A DNA stretch of 64,000 bases from assembly GCA_013115145.1 (NCBI GenBank), contig JAAPAO010000137.1:1942-65941 (forward strand). Reading direction: 5' to 3'. The notes under the pieces are model-generated. The model did no database searches and was not told the DNA's origin. It was given only the letters and a program-made list of their open reading frames with translations. The position numbers and the translations under genes are program-made. The number at the start of each line of letters is the position of its first letter. Positions within the stretch are counted from its first letter, which is position 1. Below, piece after piece: positions 51,601 through 64,000 of the stretch. This DNA comes from Perkinsus chesapeaki ATCC PRA-425 (Eukaryota; Protista; Perkinsozoa).

Positions 51601-53750
51601 GCCAGCATTTTGAGAAACCCTGGCTGTCTTGCGTCAGACCGTTACCCATTAGCCTTTCTGCCGGATAAAACAGCCTGGGATCGATTCTGGAGACTGACTC
51701 AGTCTGACTGAGAGTCCGGCTTTCGTTGCAACTTGAAGGTGCAGGGCCTAAACAGACTGGCTACTGTTCTGCCCGACCTCAGGTCGGCGACCTGGAGGAA
51801 TGGAGCATGCATATCACTCGCCAACATTGGAGACTATGTTTATGTTCAGGTCGCCTGAATCAGGTGGGGTCAGGCTAAAGGAGTAATTCTTCCCTGGAGT
51901 GATGTGCCAGCCAGCAAAGTGACATACGCGACAATAATGTCAAAGTCGAGGCTTCGCTTCGATGATATTGAAGCCACCGGCTGCCTCAATTGTAACGACG
52001 CATCGTTAACCCTCCTGCTACGGTTCCTGTGTCCGCGTTAAGTCCTACGTATCCACCGTGCACTGCTCCCAGCGTAAGCTCGAGAAGCTTGCTGGCAGTA
52101 TCAGTAGAGACTCGAAGGGCTCTGTGTTCCCGCAGAGGTCAGCCACACGGTCCTCATTGTCGGACGATAAACTGAATTTTGTCCTACGAGATCACTATGT
52201 GCCACATAGTATGTGGTCCCCAAGGATATGCTCAGCTTTGTTTGCAAGCACTTCGAAGTTCTAACTTCCATCTACCTCAAGCTGCTTCAGCAGCACCACC
52301 AGCACAGAAGGGTCGCAGAGACTCGTGGTTGGTATGGACTTTGCCGGTGGCACTGATAAAGTAGCCGTACGTCCTGCTGGACTATCCGGTGGACATGGAA
52401 CAGCAGGAAGCTGTTCAGCACTGCTGGACAGCAGGAAATACTCGAGACTCACCATTTGAAAGATCGTTTATTAGCTGGAGCCGCTCGAGCAGAGGTTCCA
52501 CTTGTTGTTCAGTTGTCGTAACAAACAACTCCAGTTTTTGGCCGGGCCATCATCTAACGCCTGCTGGTTATGCGGTATCGTCGAAGAAATGTCAGGGGAG
52601 GAACGTGTTCGCACCGGAGTATGGCGAGGGATTCTCGCCGAGAATTGGTGGGAAAAGACTCTCCATGATAAAAAGTGCACTGTGCGCAAGAGAACCCCCC
52701 ACCACGTAAACGAACAGGAGTATATGCCTTTAGTGTCTCGCGATAACCTGCTTCCTCCTACCTTGCTTTCACACTTTAATGGGAGTGATCCGTAGTGTCT
52801 TTGATGCATATGCATGCAGCATGCAGTATGCAGTTTCCTGCATACTGCATAGGTACGTACAGGGATGTAGGGCTCATCTTAACGAGAGCCCCGATTCCTG
52901 AGAAATCCCAATTTTAAGATTACCACTGTGAACTTACAGTGAACGTACGGCGCTGTGGAGTTCCAAGGATACTCCTGGATGCCAATCATGAGATCCCACA
53001 AGGCGAGTGACTCACCGTGAGATTGGAGCTAGCCGAGCTTCTTCCAACTTTTCATCTATTTGCAATCCATCCATCCCACTCGTACCGTACGAGTCGTACG
53101 CTGAGTTATGTTCTTTACCAGCACAAATCGTCTAGCTCGGGACTCATTAACAAGATTTGGCGAACACAGCAGTGAATCTTAGTATAAGGTGTCACCTTAA
53201 AGATGATTTGCAACCCTATTAATACAATTTGGAGCTGCAATTGAGACAACTTATTGATTAAGTCTTAGTCCGCGGCCTCAGGGGCTACACCTTCAAATAT
53301 ACAATACATGACAGTTTCATGTTCATTTCCGGACGAGCCGCTGACACTCCGAACTGCATATTGGGCGAGCACGAAAGATACAATAAAGAATACAAGATAG
53401 TGATGAAGATCAATCGCCCGCTGAAAGATACAGTAACGCTCCATGTTATCATTATACTTCGAAGTACCGAACTGTACTCTTTCTCACGACCGGGAGTTCT
53501 CGATAGCGTTATCATCCGTCAATAACGATAAGCACAAGGCGATAACTGATCGCCGATGATGGAGCCAGGGAAGGCTTCTTGCTTACTCTCGCAAGGGAAT
53601 CAGAAAACCGCGCAGCGGAGCAGCCGGCGCTCAATGGATAGCATACTCTTCCACTTGGTCGTGGGGGACTGCTCCCCCATCTTGGGGGCCCCACAAGCGC
53701 TACGGCATGTGTAGTGCAAGTGGTAATCACAAAACGTCGTGAATAGTCAA
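48700..53750. pseudogene. Region of fragmented ORFs; possible decayed genes or mobile-element relics
   Basis: Many stop-interrupted frames without clean splice structure. Weak hints only: HLLFSC..CWLCG near 52500 and LFHLVVGDCSPILG near 53650. Confidence 0.25.
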
Positions 53751-53939
53751 TGACTATATGCTATGCTCTTTTCGGTTGATATATCAGTTTTGTTTGTTTT
53801 TGGTAGTTTAATTAAATGATGGGTATCTTTGTTAGAAGATGTTACACAATTTCTGGGAGGTCGCGAGTTCGTACGATCGATCTGGGTTTGGCCGTGAAAG
53901 TTTCGGACTCGGAATTTTCCAGCACCTTACTCGGAAAAA

Positions 53940-56640
53940 ATGATGGGAAACTGCCAGATTCGTGAAATTATGGTCAACTCTGCTCCGCAAGTTACAGATG
54001 AAACTGACGCCACCAGCAAAGTCGCCGACATCGGGGAAAGCAATAATGGTGGAATGGTCCGACAGCAGCTAGCCTCACTTGGATATAACGTACTTACGAA
54101 GAAAAATAAGTACGAAATCAACAGTTTAACAATCACAACGATCTCAAGTCCCCTGAAACTAAGGACATGACTGCCCATTAACTCAAACATCTGCTCATCA
54201 TGCAGTCCATGGCATGAGATTGATAGCATGCGTGTCGGACATTGTGTGTCTTATTTCAAATCGGTTGCTTATGGATTGTTATGAACTTTCTATCGGATGC
54301 TTAAGGACTTTAGTATGTCTAGCAAATATGTTCTCCAAGTCGATAAAGTCTACTCAGCATGATTAGTAAACTCTCTTCTTGCTCGACATCCACGGACAAT
54401 ATGCTTCAATTTTGCCCTTCTGTACATCCTACTCTGTCGAACCGACTCCTCGAATCGACTCCGACAGTGTCGCATCCGAACCGATAATATGAAAGCTCCT
54501 TTCAGAAAGGTGCAAGTGCTACAAGTACCTAGTAACGACTGTTTCGTTGCTAACATGGTTCGAATCGCGCCCTAACTGAAGATCCATCGAATTCTCTCAG
54601 GGAAACAGGAAGTTGCTTCTGGGTTTGGAGAGAGCTCCGACGAGATGCACTCAGTGCAGCCCAGGGCCACCTCCACAGCGCCCGAGGCGAAAGAGTCGTA
54701 TACGTGAATAAGCTCGATAAGATGCCTGAGTTCGGAAATAAGTGCGGAGTAGCTGCCGCAGTGCGTCGGGGCCTCAAGGCACTAGGCAAGGAAGAGGAGT
54801 GCGAGTGGCTACCTGAGACGTACATCCTACCAAAGGTGGGCTACAACAGAATTAAAGGATTACAAAACGTCAAAGGGGAACTCATCAAGCTCAGGAAAGC
54901 AAGTCCGCCGTGGCTGCAGTGAAACGGTCAACGAACGATACTTACTGGATTATAAAGCCAAAGTCATTGAACAGAGGAATGGGGATAAAAGTGAGGATCA
55001 TCTCATACTACCGACCAAGGTGGCTACATTGGCCTGGCCAATATATTACTTAGCCTACTGTGTATTAGTGTATACCAGTACTAGTGGTACACAATGTTTT
55101 ACTATTGTTGATACTAATGATGTGAGCCAGACTCGCAGTGAAGCTGGAAGTTACAGTCTGTAAAGGGAACCATCTTACCAAGCAGCCCACGTATATTAAT
55201 TGATAATTTGACTTCCTCTCGGTACCCTTCTGCTAAGGCTAGCATAGATACTTGACCGATCGGAATCGTTGGAATACTTGCGGGCTCACAGCGAGCAACT
55301 AAGCAGCCAAGGAGTCCTCCAGCGTTACATTCCTAACCCTTTGCTCCTCGAAGGTTGCAAATGTGATGTCAGAATGTATCTATTAATCACAAGGACGCAG
55401 CCGTTGAAGGTAAGATTGTGTAACGACTACATGAGAACCATTCGATCCTGACTTAATAACAATTCTAATCTCTGGTGTCTGGAAGAATTCTACTAGAAAT
55501 AGATCTTTAATTACAGGACTTTTATCGATGATTAATATTACTATTATTATTGCCACTGTACCAGATTAAATAGTGAATATCATATCTAAGCCGTTGTATG
55601 ATACATACAATATAGGGCATGAACCGATTCGGCTTAATCTACGTTCTTATGGGTCCTTTTGTAGTCGTCCCATTTTATAGGCTTACTTCGCCCGAGGTTA
55701 CGTAAGGCGCACGTTGGCGGCCTATTCGAACGATATGTCTGATCGTCCGGCGCATCTTACGAATCAAGCTGTTCAGAAGAAGCTAGGAACGGAATACGAG
55801 AATAGGAAACATGACTCTACATGGTGAAGCATTCGACACTCCAATATTCAACTTTGAACACTAAAGTTAACAGCTTAAAGGACAAGTTGTTTTGCAAAAG
55901 CGACCTCCCCTTCTCCAGCGGAATGTCTTTCAGATGTATCAGTGCCGGTAGCTCCAACTGAACTATACCGAAAGGTGTAGGAGTGTTGCTCCACTAAATC
56001 TTAATTCTTCCAACAAGTCTACCGAGTCATAAACGTCAGAAACTACATTGCTCTGAGAGCAATGGCCTCAAAAAAGGCTCACACGCAATGCATGTAGCGA
56101 AGTTGAAATATTTTTTGACTGTGTAATATGGATTGCTCACACAATGCACCCACTTTCACGCCTATCGAAACTGCGACCAAGCTCGTGAGCAGTAGCTGTG
56201 TTGAAAATTTACTGCTCTTGGAACTTCCAAGTTGGAAGCTCAGACGTCTGGTTTGCTGCTAGGAGCCTCAATCAGCTATGCGAGTATCTCTCATCCATAT
56301 CATCTCATAACACCGATCCAAGCTGGTGGATGGATCACTGGTATATTGACAATTTCGAGCCGACGGTCATAGAGATGGCTGCAATTGCACTTGAAGGGGT
56401 GCGGAGTGACTTGGGCAGGTGAACAATGGCAAGCACCTGACCCACGCACGGACCTGGTGGAGAGTAGCTGGCGTATCCGAACGTATATTAGGTCTGTGAT
56501 GATGCGGATTAGTGGTACAATTATTGGTGGCGAGATCTTCGGCTACGATGTCCTGCCGAGTGCTGATCTGAAACCTTACCTTCTGGAATTCAATTCCAAT
56601 CCCGCTATATTCACCAATACAAGAGTTCTTCAAGAAGTAG
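53940..56640 (+). CDS. Tubulin-tyrosine-ligase-like enzyme (TTLL10-like glycylase/glutamylase), multi-exon; ends approximate
   Basis: EWLPETYIL; WIIKPKSLNRGMGI; VLQRYIPNPLLLEGCKCDVRMYLLI; HLTNQAVQKK; EIFGYDVL..KPYLLEFNSNP. Confidence 0.88.
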
Positions 56641-57648
56641 GTATGGGGATGTTTCCGGCACTCGCACTTGCCCTCTTATTCGTCCTATTCTTTAGAAGCG
56701 ATTGATAATCGCAGGATTTTCAGTGAGAACTCACTCTACGAGTTAAATGAGTTAATGAAGTTCTCGCGAAATCCTAAACGAGTTACCTTCACTAATTATC
56801 ATTTCATGCTGGTCTTGTTGGTCGTCGCGGTAAGTGGTCATCTTGCCGGTTCTGTATATGACCTTCATTCTGGTAGCAGCATAGCCATGCTTCATAACAT
56901 CGCTACGTATGCTGCATACGCGTAGGTCAAGGGCGTACATAGCATTCAATGGTGGGTGTGAGTTTATAGTCCAACGCCAAAAATGGCTTAGTTGGACTAT
57001 TTGCCGTATGTTATGGATCTCTACATATTATTGGACCAGAGCCCTGACATTGGCACTCTTTCAGTTTCTAATTTTTCTTCGGAGCAACATCCAAAAGTAC
57101 GACTTATCTTGTGTACGTAGGTTATCCCGCCGATAATCAAGCAGGCTATTGAGCTCATTGAGTTTGATAATCATCAGTTTGCAAGCCCTCTTAGTAACCA
57201 GCCGTATCCAGCACCATCGGAACTCGGACCGTGGCAACTGATTATTGATGATGAGAAAAAGCATACATTTGTGCCATCCAAGTGAACTGTTTCAAATGCC
57301 TGGATTTGTATTTGCCGCTTCTCTGTGATTATTAAATTAAACCATAAAGTTAAATCGCTTAAGTATCTAATCGTATGGATTCGTTGCTTCTAAGTTATGT
57401 CCTGATTTCTCTCTGTTCAAGTTCGTACCAAGGGGCCATAGAGGAAGATTAACTATTCTCAAATGCTGTAGGCCACATTGGCGCTTATACAATTGATGTT
57501 TCTCCTCACTCCTGCGAAACATCTCATATTCCTATTACGCTTCCAATGCGATAATACCAATTATTAATGAGAAGTGTAGTATCAATTATAAGCACCTTCG
57601 CTACGCGAATGTGGATTCCCATCGGACTGCTCAAGGTTGATTCCCCCT

Positions 57649-59167
57649 ATGAGACGCCAGTCAGATTCGTCCGACCAAAGCGGACGAAACTCGGTAGCCT
57701 CCAATGCCTCCGGGAGAGTAGATAGTTCTCATAGCGGACCAGACCCCGAACTTGTCGAGCTTGCTGAACAAATGAATTTGCCTGTTCAAGATTTGGAAGA
57801 GTTTAGAGAGGTGGGCCACCTATCATCTATGTACGTGCCAGCTCTGGACTTCCTAACGCATCCCCCACAAACCTCAATTGGCCCGTTTCCCATTCACTAT
57901 ACTCAATAGTATCGCTTCAGGTCTTCAGCCTGGTCGATACTGATAGAGGAGGGAGCATAAGCATTGAAGTGAGCATCGAGCACGTTTATATAAGAAATTA
58001 TAATATAGAGGAGACGGTCTGTAGAAGACCTTATAGCGGAACAATAATTAAGCCTATAGTAGTCACTTGAGCTGACAAGCATACAGTCTGCGAGTCTGGC
58101 CGCTAACTTTACACTGTTTATCATCCGCTTAACCACCCCACTGCTGACGATCGTTGTCTCGTTGAGACAGAGCTAAGCTCTGTCTAGTCTATCTTGCTTC
58201 TCGTGGACAAAGAGACTAGCATGACCCCACGCGCCACTTCGAGTTGCGGTACGTGACAGGAGGACGTAATGTGAATCACACAACGCAGAATCTTCATTGG
58301 AGCTTCTCAGGAGCTCGGAACACTCATGGACACGCTCGGTGTGAAAGTGACGCCGGAGGAGTTGGAAATAATGGTTGCTGAAATCGATGAAAACGGGAAT
58401 GGAGAAATAGACTTTGAAGAATTCGTGCAAGTAAGATTGATATTGTGACAGTGTTGTGTATACGTTCAAGGTGATGTCTCGGAAGACGAGCGCTGACCAT
58501 TCACCAGATGAAGTTAAGAGCGCTTTCAAACTATTCGCTGCTCCGGAGGCACCCGACGGAACAATATCATTGAAGGATTTAGAAGATGCTTTAACAGTAC
58601 GGCAGCCGAGCGGCGTACCACCTCCACACGAATTGGTTCGCCCCAGTGCGCCTACGTGCCGAGCCTCGTATTCCTATTGGGAATTTCCCGATAATAACTT
58701 CGTTATGAGAACCAGAAATGGAACGTGCTTACGGAGTACTCGCATATACACTGCGACAGATTCCAATTCTCGCCGCGCGCTGAGGGGTTGATTCCCCGGT
58801 ATATCTGGTACGAGTGTTAATAGGTCACTGATATCATGTTTGTACGTCAATAACTCACAATATGAAGACTTCATGCGCCGCATGAAGACTAATACGTGAT
58901 ATTGAATTTTTAAGATGAAAAAAAAGTTGATAAGAATTTGACGCGTAGTGTATCTTTCGAATTCTCTCGTACAACGTATCACACTGTTAGTCTGAAAATG
59001 ATGTTACAGCTTACCCCGCTCGATGTCGGGGCGGTAGTATCTTATGTCAGAATTATGGCAGGGATAGACTCACAAAGGAAGAAGCTCAAGAGTTATGCTC
59101 TCACCTTGATAACACAGATGGGCGCTTTAATTATCGTGACTATGTGAATATGACAATGGACCAGTGA
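57649..59167 (+). CDS. Calmodulin/centrin-like EF-hand protein, multi-exon
   Basis: VFSLVDTDRGGSISIE; ELGTLMDTLG..MVAEIDENGNGEIDFEEFVQVM; EVKSAFKLF..DGTISLKDLE; DGRFNYRDYVNM. Confidence 0.9.
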
Positions 59168-59787
59168 GAATCATCCGAGGTGTTCGATAATGGCATCCAA
59201 TGAAGTCATGACGCTGGTGGCACGTTAAAGTATCTTCGGAGTTCGTGTTGAATTTCAAGTCGAATATACAAGCGGACTCGAGCCGACCAGGTCAGGCGAA
59301 AGATGAGAGACGCAGATAAATGAATACGCACCCAGGCAAATCAGAGTGTCTCAGAACCAGAAAGCTAATTGCCGATACAATTCCCCCTCGTGTGTTAAGC
59401 ACAAAACCGTTTCATTAGTGGGAGAAAACAAGTGGTATAGGTCTTCATGTCCGCACCGATTGCGCATCGTTTGTCAGTGCGCTGCGACTGTATAATAGTT
59501 ATAGGACTATAAAGGTTGAACTTGACAGGGCAGGCGAATTATTAGGCGGCTATTATGAACATGAGTTTCGTAACTCAGTGAGTGTTCTGAATTCCTATGT
59601 ACTCACTAACAAACAGAATAAGCTTGAGGTGGAAAAGCAGACAACAAATAAAATATAGATCAAAGCTTGCCACTGAGGTTACTTCTGTGGACTACGCGAG
59701 CTATAATAGCTCAGATATTACTTTACTGAAATAAGTTATCCTTTAGGATACCTTATCGCAAAAGGTATCTATGAAAAGTTAGTAGAG

Positions 59788-60729
59788 CTAACACGTAACA
59801 GGATAGTTCATTGGGCTCAAACCACAATTCTGATCGATTGGGTCAATACAAACAGATGAGCCGTCAGCGTCAGTGTGAAGGCCACGACAGATGTGCCTAT
59901 CAGACCTGCACTCGATGTGATAGTTTTCCTTCGCACAGAGATTGTTGCCGTGCTCGTTACAGAATACATCACATGAGTTGCGAGGCTTGTAAGGAGTTGG
60001 GGGAGTCGTCCTCTTGCATCTTACTGGCCTGTTGGCCTTACCATAGCCACATTTACCATCTCCCTTATCGAAACACTTATGCTTGAAAGTTGAGTCGGTC
60101 CAGTAGAGGCCTCTGCATATCGGAGGAACTCTGTCTTCCCGACACTCGTACAATGTGTTGTTGAATTTACACTCATCAACGACGGGCTCAGGCACGGGTG
60201 TAGTAGTTGTAGTCGGGCAGGGCTCAGGAGTGGTAGTTGTAGTCGGGCAGGGCTCAGGAGTAGTAGTTGTAGTCGGGCAGGGCTCAGGAGTGGTAGTTGT
60301 AGTTGGGCAGGGCTCAGGAGTGGTAGTTGTAGTTGGGCAGGGCTCAGGAGTAGTACTTGTAGTCGGGCAGGGCTCAGGAGTAGTAGTTGTGGTCGGGCAG
60401 GGCTCAGGAGTGGTAGTTGTGGTCGGGCAGGGCTCAGGACCTTCAGTTGTGGTAGTAGAGCTTCCCTCACACTCCACTGGGGTGTTCATTGGATAATACC
60501 CACATTTACCATCTTCTACATCAATACATATCTCAGTTTTCTTTGCATCGGTCCAATAAAGATGCTGGCAGATGTGAACCGGCTTTTCCTTACGACATAT
60601 GAAATCACCACCATGACGAGTACAAGCACCATTACTGTGCTGGTCACAAAATGATTTGCAATCCTTTGCAATATCAGAGCGACCAAAAGCACTAGAAATA
60701 ACGAGGGCGATGCCGACTGGTGCCTTCAT
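59788..60729 (-). CDS. Intronless secreted Cys-rich protein with three related Cys modules and a mucin-like Pro/Thr/Cys linker
   Basis: Signal-like MKAPVGIALVISSAFG; three modules containing IC(Q/R)xL(Y/H)(W)TD..C..C; in-frame extension to 60801 is possible. Confidence 0.85.
   Translation of the reverse strand: MKAPVGIALVISSAFGRSDIAKDCKSFCDQHSNGACTRHGGDFICRKEKPVHICQHLYWTDAKKTEICIDVEDGKCGYYPMNTPVECEGSSTTTTEGPEPCPTTTTTPEPCPTTTTTPEPCPTTSTTPEPCPTTTTTPEPCPTTTTTPEPCPTTTTTPEPCPTTTTTPEPCPTTTTTPVPEPVVDECKFNNTLYECREDRVPPICRGLYWTDSTFKHKCFDKGDGKCGYGKANRPVRCKRTTPPTPYKPRNSCDVFCNEHGNNLCAKENYHIECRSDRHICRGLHTDADGSSVCIDPIDQNCGLSPMNYPVTC
60184..60440. repeat. Coding 30-bp tandem repeat, 8 x PEPCPTTTTT
   Basis: GGGCAGGGCTCAGGA recurs every 30 bp from ~60215 to 60425. 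Confidence 0.97.
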
Positions 60730-61690
60730 GGTGAAGAATGAATAAAAATTAGGTGTAAGTTCGCTGTATGTGGAAATGGGTGACGCGGATTCATCGCCCA
60801 ACTAGCTCCCGTGGCGGGCGTGGAGCGTTCTCCCATGGCCAGTAGTTTCATCCGCAATTTTCGAGAGTATTTACCCTGCGAGCGACAAAGCGCATTCCCT
60901 TGTATCAAGCAAAACGTGGGGCTCCAGTGCCACAACTCTAGAGAGAGCAGGAAGCAATATTGAGTGTAAGCCGACTCAGCGAGAGAATGTGCGGTACGGT
61001 TCTAGTCCCAGTGCTGCTGCTCCAGGTAACACACGCGACGTGGGAAGCCGCGAAGGTCAATTACTGGTCTTGCACTCAATTTGGCACTACCAACTTGCGA
61101 TTTGCAAGCTCATAGTGCTGCTGCAGTCTGTTGGCAGGTTTTGAAGAACCCACTCCTGACAATGGGTTTAAACACCGTATGACATTGCCTAAGTGACATG
61201 GTGATCTCCAGCGCCACCACTCGTATTAACCCCGGCCTGGGTTTGACCTTCCGTTAGCCATGAAACTGTCCCTTGGAAGCATTACCACTCTAACGTGCAC
61301 TTATAATACCGGGAAGTATCGTAGAGTCTCAACAGTGCTGAAGGTCTTCCCGCAAGAGTATGGTACTGTGAAGCTTCGGTACCCGAGTTGCTGTTGGCGC
61401 CTTGCTCCTCGGCTTCTCTCTGAGACTCTGGTCGGCGACCAGTGGTCGCTATGATACGTCTATCCTTTATCGAGCCCAAGACAAAGTAATCTTTCTGATA
61501 CGGTATCAATAAGACGTTCGACAAGGTCTAGACCTCCTACCAAACTATGGTTCATCGACTCGTACGGTGATTCCTATTAGAATGTGCGCCACGTAAAGTT
61601 TTCATAGAAAGGCGCGATATAAAGTTACTTTGGTAAAGTGACAATAGCTCCGTGACACTAATTTGGTAAAAGGCCCAGTCATCATTCTAG

Positions 61691-61986
61691 TCACTCTTCT
61701 GGCGTAGTCTTCTTACAGCAGGGACAGCTCGCACCGCCGCAAAAAGCTACGTCCGAAAAGCAGTCTGGAATCAAGAATTCTACATCCATGCATCGACGAC
61801 ATTTTTTGCACTTGGATTGCTTACAGCACGGGCAGTCGGGCCCATCACATTTAAGGGCTTGGCCAGGACATGATGGACTGAACGGGGTCCGTCTGCATAT
61901 CTTACATTCGACGCATTCTTGGGTGGGAATGCATAAGTGAGTCCGACAACAACGAGACATACGATGGCATAGGAGAGACGCATCAT
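61691..61986 (-). pseudogene. Small secreted Cys-rich peptide gene with a 1-nt frameshift between signal peptide and Cys domain
   Basis: Frame 1 reads MMRLSYAIVCLVVVGLTYAFPP. The shifted frame reads TQECVECKIC..CPG..CDGPDCPCCKQSKCKKCRRC..CGGASCPCCKK. Confidence 0.6.
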
Positions 61987-63469
61987 TTGTGGACTTACAA
62001 ATGAAACCTTAAAGAGCAGGCCAGCGTTATGAGATATATCAGCCAAAAACTGTCAAACTCTAGACGATTCTCCAGTGGTACTGAAGCTTTTTCACTGAAA
62101 ATCGATCATGTCGCCTATCTTGTGCTTGCGGAGCAACTCCCATGCATACTCCGGCTTCCTATGGCCTTGACACTGACTCCACAGAACGGGTCAATCTACA
62201 AGAGCTCTGCAAGAGTAACGTGGAGGACTACCGCAGCAAAAGATATTTCAGTAGTTATGGTATTATCCCTGAGATAGTGAGGGGTAGTGGCTGTGCCAGT
62301 GGTTGTGCCTGGGGAGCCTTACGGTGTATTGATGGCCAAAATGTGGTTCCGCACAAGTCCATCCCCGGTTCCTTTTTTTCACGATCGCCGACGTCTCCCA
62401 ACTCGAAATCTGCAACCGAGTGGTAGAGGCTCCTCGCGATTCATTAGATGGTCTCAAGTCGAGACCCCCAACTATTAATCGATCATGGCGTGTACAAGAT
62501 CTATTATGGAATCACGGATCCACGTGATCCACCGTGTGTGCGTGTGTAGTGACTTTTTAATCACCACAACACAACTCACAAAGAGTTATTAAAGTTTAAC
62601 CTTATTTATTGTATTTACAGTGTGATTACAATTACACTAGCTTACGCTAAGATACCATCACAAAAAGGGACACAACACAAACTCATCACACGTGGACCAG
62701 CTGACTTGCCTACACATTCTTCCTATGGGATAGACAATGATTCCACGGAACAGCTCTCAAAGTTCAAGAATAGAGAACTGGGTAAATCAGTGAGGATGTC
62801 ACAAATGTTAATATCCTCCCCGCAGCATCGAAACGATGAGAAGTAGTGAGCGCGTGATAATCTTCAGAAGACTTTTGTGTGATGTACGATTGTGTCGACG
62901 GACGAGTGAGTATTGATTAGAGTGATTTTCGTTGAGTGACAGAACTTGAATCGCCGTAGTTCATGCTCTCTCGTTGCGCGTTCGAGAGCTCAGCCGCGGC
63001 GGCGATCATCAGCTGCTATAGCCTGTGATATTCTATCTATAAATGTGAGTGAATTACAAATCGACAGGGTTGTGGGAAGCAGTAACTAAGTTGCTCAACT
63101 TGCTTTTGGTAACACTCGTCATACCACTGAGGCGAAGGCGCTGAGAGAGTGGATTCGACCACTTTAAAGAGACTGATCTACGATGCGGCCATTATGGTGT
63201 AAGGCCACTGGCGCGTTACTGTAACAAGCTTGAGAGGTATATCTCTGTACTATCCTGTAACATAAGGGAGCTGAATGAAAGTCAGCCTTCATTTATTGTG
63301 AAGCCTAGTGTATTGCATTATGTTGAACTGCTGCTATGTGAAATGATTACTCCTTTGTCACACGACAAACTAGGCTTCCCTTTCGGAAGGGGCGTCGTGC
63401 CCAACAATGTATATCACTGGAAGTTCGACTCTCAACCCAACAACAAGGTACATAACACGTTCTAACACC

Positions 63470-63907
63470 TTACACCATCACTTTGCATACACCATTTTTC
63501 TTCGTGAGGTCCCTCATACGGCCACCAAATGACAAATATAGCTTCTCGTTTCTGCTTCCGAAGATAAGATTTTTCATATCCCCATCCGTGATACTCATGA
63601 CTGGAGCACAATCAGTCCTCAATGAGTCCTTGAATTCACCGTAACCAAGCTGACCATATACATTTGGAGAAAATATACCAACTGAAGCTTCGTCCATTTC
63701 GATATAGGAAGATGTAACGTTTTTCTCGCCACATTTAGCAAACAGGTAAACAGCCAGGTAACCCTCGGCATCTTCAAAACATGATACTTGTACACACACA
63801 TCTTTGGTGATGTTAAGAGCGTAATCTCCTGTAGGTATTGATACGTGCCCTATTACACATAACACCAAATTAGACACAAAGTAGATAAGGAGAAAGTCAG
63901 GCGACAT
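63470..63907 (-). CDS. Intronless hypothetical secreted protein (145 aa)
   Basis: Hydrophobic N-terminus LLIYFVSNLVLCVIG, single ORF, 4-5 Cys. Confidence 0.75.
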   Translation of the reverse strand: MSPDFLLIYFVSNLVLCVIGHVSIPTGDYALNITKDVCVQVSCFEDAEGYLAVYLFAKCGEKNVTSSYIEMDEASVGIFSPNVYGQLGYGEFKDSLRTDCAPVMSITDGDMKNLIFGSRNEKLYLSFGGRMRDLTKKNGVCKVMV

Positions 63908-64000
63908 TATGACACAAATGAACGCCTAATGTTGTTGGGCTCCCTGCTCGCCCGGAGGGGGAGGAGACGCTGTACGAGCCCGCTTCGCCCGAGTCCGACT

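Noticed and set aside
51511-51620. CGTAGCC words resembling the dinoflagellate/Perkinsus spliced leader (also ~61251)
   Set aside because: Only 7-9 nt match, with no GGCTCAAG-GT donor or Sm site. Better explained as short palindromes.
53855-53880. GGGAGGTCGCGAGTTCG tRNA-like fragment (also ~28760)
   Set aside because: No matching 3' stem or acceptor geometry; too short to support.
63925-64000. GC-rich sequence after TGTTG that might start an LTR
   Set aside because: Truncated by the window edge, with no second copy or PBS to confirm.

Overview
This is eukaryotic nuclear DNA: gene-dense, with mostly 40-120 nt GT-AG introns. By architecture and protein style it most resembles an alveolate such as Perkinsus (inference only). 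Multi-exon gene coordinates are hand-spliced spans, and several ends are approximate. The left ~47.5 kb is a housekeeping block: multi-domain truncated haemoglobin, eIF4E, Hip/ST13, two methyltransferases, papain-family protease, Pol alpha subunit B-like, WD40 proteins including POC1, tandem RpiB genes, carbonyl reductase, RPL26, METTL2/6 and Dna2. The right ~16.5 kb holds decayed ORFs, a TTLL, a calmodulin-like gene and intronless secreted or Cys-rich proteins. Main observations: (1) a dispersed ~27-bp stem-loop element, consensus RTATCYT-GCACGCT(T)CAACCT-(N0-2)-AAGATAC, with 8 clear copies in introns or upstream of genes, in both orientations relative to transcription; (2) all five intact tRNA genes sit inside introns of protein-coding genes, and one 44-nt intron is essentially a tRNA 3' half; (3) a ~4.9-kb intron of a methyltransferase gene hosts an antisense cathepsin gene, a TIR transposon and a minisatellite; (4) a Dna2 Fe-S motif intron whose canonical splicing is out of frame.
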